Shown here piece by piece: positions 54,523-64,000 of a stretch of DNA of 64,000 nt. The notes below the pieces were generated by a model that saw only the letters and a list, made by a program, of their open reading frames with translations, was not told where the DNA came from and made no database searches. The position numbers and the translations under genes are program-made. This DNA is from the human T2T-CHM13v2.0 reference genome, Homo sapiens, in assembly GCF_009914755.1 (NCBI RefSeq), contig NC_060932.1, one strand, 5' to 3'. Each line of letters opens with the position of its first letter. Within the stretch, counting starts at the first letter, position 1.

Positions 54523-56360
54523 ACTCACACAGCAGAAAGAAGGTTTTGCTGCGTGGCTTTATTCCTGTGGAGTTCCTCTATTGTAAAGTACAAGGGGAGC
54601 AAAACTGGAATTATGAGTTTCAGAATAGCCCCAGAAAATAACACTCTACGAGACTTTTCCAAATTTGACAACTTAGTGGAAACTAACATAGATAAGACCA
54701 TCAAGCCCTTCATTGCAACATCTTGAGAGGGCTGATTTAGAAAAGCTTCATCTTTCTGGGGAGATGATAGGAGCAAAGAAAAGGCAATGAGTATATGAGC
54801 AGGGAGAAGACCAACAGAGCAGCACTTTAAGGCCATTAGAAAAGTATTGACAAAGCACCACCTCAAAAGCTATGATACAAATTGAATTACTGTGGTATTA
54901 GAGAGAATACTGCAGTAGGATAATCAACGTAACCATCAGAGTTTCCAGAAATAACGTTTTCAGGAACAATCTAGAAGAAGCAGATTTCATTCCAATTATA
55001 AAAATTTCTAAGTTTTCTTCAACCAAACTTACAAGGCTAACTAAGTGGCCACATAAGGAGCAGCTTGGTAAACATAAGTTAAGATGTTTAGAGGAAAACA
55101 ATGGACGTACAAAATCTTTAGGGGCTGAGTGAAGCAGTGCAACTGCCACAGGGCACAACCCACTGTACCATCCAGTATCATGTCATGTCACTAGTGCAAC
55201 ATAATAAAAACTTGTGAAAGCCATCAAGGAGATGTGCAGCAGAATTAAATAACCTCCTCTGCAACACCCTGCTGCTGAACCAGGCACTTGTTGATGTTCC
55301 TTCTTCATCTGTTACTCCTGAAAGCAGCTTTCTGCTCAATTGTGATTCCTCTGGTGTGTATGTGTGTGCATGTATGTGCGTCTGTGCATGCAGGTAGAGC
55401 AAATAAAGCTGTGATGTAGCCTTTCCCCTCTTCAGAAGGCAAGAAAACAGTCCTGCAGACCTCAGCAGCATCAACAAGACATCATCTTCAGCTGCTCAAG
55501 AACCCACTAACCATTTCTGACCCAGATGGGGTACTACCAATTTTGCCAATGATATTACACTTAACTTTTATCACACTCTTTCAAAAAACATTGTATATTT
55601 TAACAAAAAAAGTTTCATTCAGAAACAGCTTTCTCATATCTTAAAGACAATGATTTTGTTTTTATGAATCATACCCTTCACCTCTTCCTATGTGACTATC
55701 TTGAAAACTCAGCTATCAGGATACAGTGAAAAGGCCAGACACTTTGGCAATAAAAAGATCAATGATGACACACTAGTGGATAGGACTCTGGAGAACTTTT
55801 GTAATTTCTATGAGCTCTCAGATTTCTCATCTATAAAGGAAGCTAAGTAAGCAGTGCCACAAAGGGTGTGAGGGAAAATTAAACGAGACTGTATGTTTAG
55901 TACCTAAAGCAGTGGCACCCAGAAACAGGCCCTTCTCTCCTGACCTGGACTCCATTTCTGCAACTGTAAAAACAAGAAGGAGGTATCCAAAAACTCCCCT
56001 GTTGATAGGTGTTCCAATCTTCATTGAAATTGCAGTGTCATCTCCAGGATGCATGTAATAACTTGCAGCACAGAAGAGAAAGACTAAAGCACTGATTAAT
56101 TAAAAGTGTCAGGCGCATGTTAAAATTCCTGTTGGATGTTAAAACAGCTAGTCACAGGATTTGTAAAAGAGAATGATTTAAGGAATTCACTGGTCATGGC
56201 ACAGCATTTTAATATAAAATACTGTCTGCCTAGTAGACTCCATCAGGAAATGGTGTGTTCAAAGCATTCAGGGGCTTCCCTCAACCTCAGTCTTCATTAT
56301 TTCCTTCAGCCTCATCACTTCCTTTACAAAGTAAACAAAACCAAAATGATTCAGGTGTTG

Positions 56361-56420
56361 CATATATATGTGTATATATATACATATATACACATATATA
56401 TAAATATAGATAGATATATT
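56361..56420. repeat. (TA)n-rich microsatellite
   Basis: 'catatatatgtgtatatatatacatatatacacatatata...'. Confidence 0.88.
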
Positions 56421-58764
56421 TATTTAATGTTCAGACTTATGTTGCTGCCTGACCTGAAAGACAATTTTATCTACCTAAGTTATAGATCATTAAGCTGAAA
56501 AAAAAAGTTTGCCTGTTACTGCTGTTTTACCATCTTGCCCCATCTTGTCTCATTAGCAGGAACTGATTGAGCATGAAGGTGTTCTCTGGCTGTCAGTAGA
56601 TAAAGTAGGTGCTCTTGGCTTTCATCTGTTCTGAATTCTCCTTGTCTCATTATCTTCCCAAGGTCAGATTCTCTGACACGGCAGCTGCTTGCTTAACACT
56701 CCATCCTGGCAATTACTTGCCGGACAACCTTAGCCACAATAACATTTTTAATCTGTGCCATCAAGACAGAAATGGGCACCAGAATCCCTGGGTCTGGTGC
56801 CCAGGCCACCCGTCCTCAAACTCCTTTCTCTAGTACTGAGGGGTTTATGATGTGTGTGGCTCATTCAGGGTTGCATCCTGTCACCTCCAAGTTGCCATCC
56901 CACGATGACATTCTCATTGAGCTGCAGTCCCATACAGATCATAGAGTGATGCCCAGTCTCACAGTCTCATTTTATATTGGGACAAGTTGTTATAGTCAAA
57001 CCTCAAACTTTGGTATCCCATCCTTAAATCTCCTTGCCAGGCTTTCGGTGAAAGGCATATAACTGCAAAGCTATACAACCTGGATTCTGAAATCCATCTT
57101 CCCTTCTCCATCACTAATTCCTGCTGCACTACTTGCTCCTTTGAGAGGCTGTCAGGAGCAGCTGAGTAAGGAGAGAATATTCCACACTCAAGCCCCAGGG
57201 GCGAGGTTCTGACCAGAGCGGGTCATGAGGTGAATTGGTCACAGTGCCTCTGTCTGAATTGAATTCCTTCTTTCCGGAGGTGGGCAAAATCCCTTAGAGA
57301 TTGTTTTACTTTGTAAAGAATCTGTGGGAAAAAAGAAGGAAACAGATCTACTATGTGATCCATTTAAAGATGGGTCTGGTTAGGGCTCACATTTTCCTTT
57401 GAAAATCTGGAGATAATTCTTGACCATTTAGACTGTGTTAAGAGATACACTCCTGATAGACAGCATTTTACTTAAAGAATCAGGTTTCTCCTCAAATTAG
57501 ATGTGAATCCACTGGAAGCATCCATGTCCTTTTTCAGATTGAAAAGATGGTGTGCAAATGCACACTGATCTCTGTGGAGGAGGAGTAACCAGGTCACCTG
57601 GGAGGCATCTAGATAGCCCAGCAGTGGGGCAACCAGGTGTGAGCCTTCTGCAGGTTGGGCAATCCGCTCACTGGGAAAAATCCGCCTGCTCTTTCTAACA
57701 GAGCCCCCTGACTTTTACTTCCTACATTTAGTATGAGCAAACAGAATGCTCCCTGGAAGAAGGGCTCTATAACCATTACGTGTACATTTACACAAATCTC
57801 AGGGCACTCTGCTCAGAACGTAGCTGTCTCCTCCAGGGACATCTATTCTGCACTCATCACAAAAATAACCAAAACAAGGGAATTTGCAATACTTCCTGCT
57901 TCTCACCCAGCAATATGTCCAAAAACTTTAAGACAGAAAAATAATTCTGAAGCACTCTCATCCAGCAAATACACACCGTAAGCACAGCGAGTGACCCCAA
58001 CAGCTTGGATGTCTACATAGCAGCAGTGTGAGTCATAGTCTTGTGGTTTTCTAAAATTCTGCACAGTTATAAAGACATGTAGCTTTATTTTCTGGCCAGT
58101 GTCTTTTGGTCTTCAACATTTGGGCTTGTAAAAATAGGCAAGACTCTTCAAGCAAATATCCAACAAATCTAGAAATATAACTTTAGAAGTGAAGCTTGTG
58201 AAAGTTATTCTCTTCCTCAAAATCTTTCATCAGTTAATAACCCAATAGACTTTCTACATTATTCTTAAAATCTTCCCAAGAATTTTAAATGTTTCTGTAT
58301 GTCATGCACAAAAATGTTAAGTGATTAGTAGAAAACAATAAAAAAATACAAAATAGAATTATGTATTTCCAATTATGTATTTGGAAATACATAATTTTAA
58401 ACATAAAAGGGTTGCTTTATGTGTTAGAAACAATGCTTGTGGGCTGGTGGAGGCTCTTGTCCTTCGGTTTCTTAGGGAATTATGCAGCAGATGTATAAAG
58501 TGTAAGACAAACCCCCATTCCACTGTATCTAAAAGGGAGAGACTTCAGCTGATGGATGAAATCATTGCATTATGAGAGTAAGTATTAAGAAAGGAACTTA
58601 TCCCTCTGACCCAAAGCAAAAGCTAAGAGTGCTAGCCTGAGGGAGGTGGAGAACCTAGAATCCTCTCTTTTCTGGCATTTTCTAAGGATATGATTATATT
58701 CTCAGGATCCCAGTTTTGTCAGTCAACATATATGGTAATAATTATAGATGATGTTTAATGAGTA

Positions 58765-59071
58765 CAGTTGACCCTCCATATCCATAGATTGTGCATCCAT
58801 GGATTCAACCAACCACAGATCAAAAACATTAGGAAAATAAATGGATGGTCACATCTGTATTGAACATGTACAGACTTTTTTCTTGTCATTATTCCCTAAG
58901 CCATGCTAGGTATTATAAGTAATCTAGTGATGATTTAAAGTATACAGGAGGATGTGCATAGGTTATATGTAAATCCTATACCATTTTATATAAGAGACTG
59001 GAGCATCTGAGGATTTTGGTATTCATGTGGTGTCCTGGAACCAATCCCCCATGGATACCAAAGGGTAACTG
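58765..59071 (-). mobile_element. MER2-like TcMar-Tigger MITE inserted in a MIR
   Basis: Terminal inverted repeats 'cagttgaccct' / 'agggtaactg', TA target duplication on both sides, internal 'tgatttaaagtatacaggaggatgtgcataggttatatg'. Confidence 0.9.
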
Positions 59072-59662
59072 TATTTCAGGCAATATGTTAAATGCTTCAC
59101 CCTCATTTGATTCTCCCAAAAATCCAATGGAGTAGGTGCACATATGATTCCATTTTTTAGGTTAAATAGCTGAGATTTTGTAACTTGCAACACGTGACAC
59201 AGATAATAAGTGCTACTGTCAAGTTTTAAGTTGGTGCCTGGCATAAGGAACATATTTAGAAAGATCAAAGCTTCATCTTTGGCACCTGCAAAACTGTATC
59301 AGTCCTACCAAACTTTGTCAGTCTTCCCTTGCTAGACGTTACTAAGACAGGAGCAGAAATCTCTGTAAGGTTTACTATTCTGATACTCTTTGTATTTCTT
59401 CCTACTGTCTGTGCAATGATTTCCTTTTTGTTTTCTTTTGAAAATTTTATCTGTCCTAAATCAGGTAAGAGAAACCAAGGAAGGGATTTATTACACTGTA
59501 GTGCTAAAGAGTTAAAATAAAAATGTTCACATGAGTGTGATCAACTAACTACTATAAGCAACCCCATAGGAAGGTAAATTGATTGGTGGAACAAAATTAC
59601 ATTTCATTTTACAGGCCTCATCTCATTACCTAGAGATTCTTTTTCTAAAAAATCCTGCTCAT

Positions 59663-59697
<35 letters not shown>

Positions 59698-60996
59698 AGA
59701 TTGTTTGGGTGTTTGTTTGTTTTACTATGCCGGGGATGAAGTTACAATGGAGACATAACTTGCCACAAATTTCCTTCTGCTGTGGCTCCCACACTTTCTC
59801 TTTGCCCTTTAAGGGGTGAGGGACCATCTCATGATCTTGGAAAGGAAGCCCAAAGAGAATCCATTATCATAAAACATGACCCAGGCGTCTTATCATATCA
59901 CTTGACAGTATCACTTTAGTTAACGTTGAGTTAGTGTTTCTATTATAAACCCAATTACTGAAGGTAGAGGGGAGGACAAGAAGGAGAGATGGGCTCATAC
60001 ATCAACTGTGTAAAATGACATGAGGCTGAAAGCAGGTTGTCAACCAGGATAGAACTTTAAAACCATGACGCTTAAGGGAAAAATAATTCATTTGTGTTCC
60101 ATAGTTAGAGTATGAAAAATAAGATAGCACACATATTATCTAAAAAAATTAGTACAATATCAATGGGCTTGCCTTTTAATGTATCCCCTCTCTCCTGGAG
60201 ATGCATTAAACAATTGAAGGGAGGAAGAGGCAGAGTAAAATGTAATAGGAAAGGCAATAAACTAGGAAACAAAAAAACTAAGCTCTAGTTCTGTATCTCC
60301 CGTTTATTCGCTACATCATGACCAAGTCACTTTATGATTTACCTAAGGAGACAATCGGATTCCGCGTTCTGTAAAATAAAGCCAGTAATGCCTCTGATGC
60401 TACCTGAGCAGCTCCCTGTAAAGATCACATGCAGTTGGTCTGGGAGTGCATTTTCAAGCTCAGGAACCACAGTACAAGTGAGGACCACTATTACCACCCT
60501 CACCGAGCAAAAGTGATCCCAGACTACTTATACTTGGCCCTGGCTTGCCAATTAGAACATTTATTAAATCCTGTTGGCTGTTCTCAGACCTCACCACCCT
60601 GAGCCTGATGGAACCTCTCCTGGATCCACTTTAGGTTTAGCAGTGGGAGGAATATCCCAGAGCATGTCAGGAAGAAGATCACAGATTACACAGATTATCT
60701 CTCTGGAGATGAGCAGTGCCCTTAGAAGAGGCCCCAAGACTTCCAGACTAGAAGAATATCCCAGATTTGTTAAAAATTTTTAAATCATATATATGTTAAA
60801 ATATATGTAAAAATCATATATATGAGATAAATATATAATCATATATGCTATTTATATATATTTTGACATTTTACATATGATATATCATATATGTGTGATT
60901 TGACATACATTTTATATGCAAGTATACATTTATATGTAGTTTCAAATATTTTACATTTTATATAGCTTGCATGTAAAATCACATTTATAAATTTTA

Positions 60997-61047
<51 letters not shown>

Positions 61048-61058
61048 TGCATGCACAC
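60997..61058. repeat. Compound (TC)n(AC)n microsatellite after an AT-rich tract (60781-60996)
   Basis: Direct reading. Confidence 0.95.
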
Positions 61059-62246
61059 ACTGGCCCTACCAGTTAATCAACAAGTTTGGGTTTTATATAT
61101 GAGGAAAAATGTTTTCATAAAAAATTCTCGTTACCCACTTATGACTTTATTATTTAGTAATCTTTGTGTACCTAATATATGATAAGTGGCGGACAAGAAG
61201 AAATGTACATAGGCTGAATAGAGAATAGAAATCATGAAAATTAGAGTAATCATATCACTGTGATCAAGAATCTTGATTAGTGCCTAGCACACAATTTTGG
61301 TAACTATCATTCAATTGTTTGAAGAACAATTCTGCCTTCAATTGCATCTTCTCTGCAACTCTTTTGAGCATTATCTCCACATGATCCTATATTAACTTAA
61401 GGACATTATAAAAATTAATTTATGAAATAGACAACAAGGGTTAATATCAGCCAGGAATTCCATCCTCTTTGGGAGACATTATATCTGTGAATTTCAATGA
61501 AAAACTAGGGTTTGGCAGAAGCAAGGGAAAAGTTAAGGACAAAATGGATTATGACTAGGAATGTGGGGAGGAAAGCTTGAGAAATTAAGATAATGTAAAT
61601 ATCTATGTAGAGAAATAACACTGAATAATAAGCAAAAGCACAATCATAGAAGGAGAAATCTCCCTTCTTGGCTAATGGCAGCAGAAGTAAGAGACAAGGT
61701 GTGTGGGTATCCCCTGTCCAGTATATTCATGGTATTCTTTTATATGAGGTTGATGCTGATCATTCGGTAGAAGTGGAAGGCACATCCAAGTGACCCAAGG
61801 CCCTCCTCAGTGGTGGAGCTGACACCTATCAACGTGACCAAAAGTGGAGGTCTTGGGGACAGGTAGTTCTGGGTCCTCATCCTGGCCCTGCTGCTGATCA
61901 ATGCTGTGACCTTGGACAAGTGACTTCTCTAAGCTCTAAGTTTCTCAACTATAAAAAGAGGCAATGATATAACCAAGATCCTAAAGTGAATCTCAGGCTT
62001 AAATACAATGAAATATCAAAAGAGCTTAGCCAAATGCATGACCCTTGTGTGGGCTCATGATGTGGGCTGCTGTCATCACTCTTAGAGAAGCTGAGGAGGT
62101 AGACTGATTTGTAGAGTTTGGGGCTCCTCAGGAAGTGCACCCCAGTAGTTACTGAGGATGTATGAAATTCCAGTTCAGCCTGAAGCAGTGGGTGATGCTT
62201 TTTGAACCCTGCTGAAGGTATTTTGGGTCCTCAGCTTCAAGGGTGC

Positions 62247-62857
62247 TATGTTAGTCCATTTTTGCATTGCCATAGACAAATACCTAGGGCTGGATAATTT
62301 ATAAAGGAAAGAGGTTTATTTGGTTCACAATTCTGCAGGCTACAGATGCATGGCTCCAGCACCTGCTTCTGGTGAGGATCTCTGGAAGCTTTCAATCATG
62401 GCAGAAGGTGAAGGGGGGCCAGCGTGTCACGTGGTGAGGAAGGAAGCCAGAGAGAGAGGAGGAGGAGTCAGGCTCCTGTAAACTACCAGCTCTCTAGTGA
62501 ACTAACAGCAAGAACTCACTTTTAAAAAACATTTTTATGGGTACATAGTAGATGTATGTATTTATGGAATACATAAAATGTTTCGATACAAGCATGCAAA
62601 GTGAAATAAGCACATCAAGGAGAATGGGGTATCCATCCCCTCAATAATTTATCCTTTGAGTTACAAACAATCCAGTTACACACTTTAAGTTATTTTAGAC
62701 TTATTACAATAGTGTGTACAATACAATACAATAGTATTACAATTATGAGGGATCTGTCCCCATGACTCTAACACTTCCCACTAAGCCTCACCTCCAACAT
62801 TGGGAATCACATTTCAACATGAGATTTGGAGGGGGACAAAACATCCAAACCATATGA
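62247..62857 (-). mobile_element. MSTB-like solo LTR interrupted by an L1 fragment
   Basis: 'tatgttagtccattt...aacatccaaaccatatga'; perfect TSD 'ggtgc' at 62242-62246 and 62858-62862. Confidence 0.9.
62521..62700 (-). mobile_element. L1MA (MA2/3-like) extreme 3' end
   Basis: 'tgggtacatagtag...ggagaatggggtatccatcccctcaa...tttatcctttgagttacaaacaatcca'. Confidence 0.82.
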
Positions 62858-64000
62858 GGTGCTGAGCAACACGGTTATGGCTTGTGATTAAGAATCAGAA
62901 AGAGAAATTAGAGAGAGAAGGAAAGGGGCTGGAGTAAATAATTGAGTCATTCTAATTTTTTGTTATTATAATCTGTCCTACGCGGGAGTCTCCCATCGCA
63001 CATCAGTTCTGAATTTCAAAGATGAAGTGCATCCAGGGAAAGAGCCAAGCACTTCCTCTGAAACTTAGTGATGGGATTGGTAAGATATTTAAACTCCTTG
63101 GCTCTTGGTTTCCTCATCCATAAAATAAGAATAATAATCCTAAAAAAGTAATAAGAAAAAGAGATATTAGTAGGATAAAAGAGAGATCTTATGTGAGGGT
63201 AATTCTTCTCAAGCTTTTAGCCCTATTGAAATTTCATTTCCTAAAATTCCATTCTCTGACTCCCACACAGTTTTGTTATGAGGTCAAGTCTCCCATCTTG
63301 GAATAAACAATAATCTTTCTCAACAGGCCTACCTGCTACTTTACCAAAGCCAACTGAGATGTATGAGGGCATTTATAGTTCTATACTGCACAGAGCTCTC
63401 ACCTTACGTGGAGCAGGTGGGCGCTTCCCTCCCCACTCCTCAAAGGGGGCCCTTTGTCTCTGCAACTGCTCTGGTGCTTCAGGCCCTCTCTGCAGACTGC
63501 AGTGCCTCCATGGAAATCCACAGATCGTTTCTTCAGAAAAGGGAAGGGGTGAGAAGCCTCCAAACGTCTGAGTATTTATAGCCTTTTATTCTGATTTGAA
63601 ACACTACCAATGCAGAAAGGTAAACCAGGGTCTCCAGAAGCTTTTTTTTTTTTTTTGGAAGTTTTGCCTGTGACCCACTTTAGGCACATTTCTGGCTTTC
63701 CTTGATGACCACCATCCTAAACCCAGCAGCATATGCCTAAGGATGCAGCCCAGGACTCAAATCTCAGCTCTGCCACTTACTAGAAGTCAGCGGTTTGCCC
63801 AGCATATGAAGAATTTCAGGTAAAATCACTATCACAATATAAAGGATTATAGTAAATTTATAACATATATACCTAAGTCATGTACAGATATAGGTAGAGA
63901 TAAGTGCATCTCCTACCCTTTAGGAACACAGCACTTGTCCTCAATTCTACTCTCCTCCTGTTTCCAGCAATCATCAATACCATCCTAGCGATCCATTTAA

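Noticed and set aside
54652-54675. Peptide 'DFSKFD' resembling an RT or viral RdRp motif A
   Set aside because: Six residues only, with no downstream polymerase motifs
59664-59691. Isolated T28 run as a tail-only retroinsertion
   Set aside because: No element body and no target-site duplication visible; treated as a mononucleotide expansion

Overview
AT-rich, CpG-poor primate genomic DNA, almost certainly human, because it carries an Alu with all five AluYa5 diagnostic bases. No protein-coding exon, CpG island, tRNA or rRNA gene is supportable. The ORF track is explained by Alu, L1 and MaLR sequence or by chance, and the only real protein-derived frame is a 5'-truncated L1 ORF2 tail. The window is intergenic or deep-intronic and full of repeats: about 14 Alu-family copies, two young L1PA 3' ends, old L1M/L2/MIR fragments, about 10 MaLR solo LTRs, a MER34-type LTR, MER91, MER2 and several microsatellites. 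Subfamily names come from recalled consensus sequences, not a search. I found no convincing new multi-gene system. The best unexplained signal is a perfect 35-bp inverted repeat at 12000-12079 with a duplicated junction, the signature of replication template switching that creates a pre-miRNA-sized hairpin. Other items worth checking: two smaller fold-backs, a 63-bp tandem duplication, a likely polymorphic AluYa5, a strong CTCF motif, and two speculative structured or regulatory islands near 26.6 and 27.1 kb.
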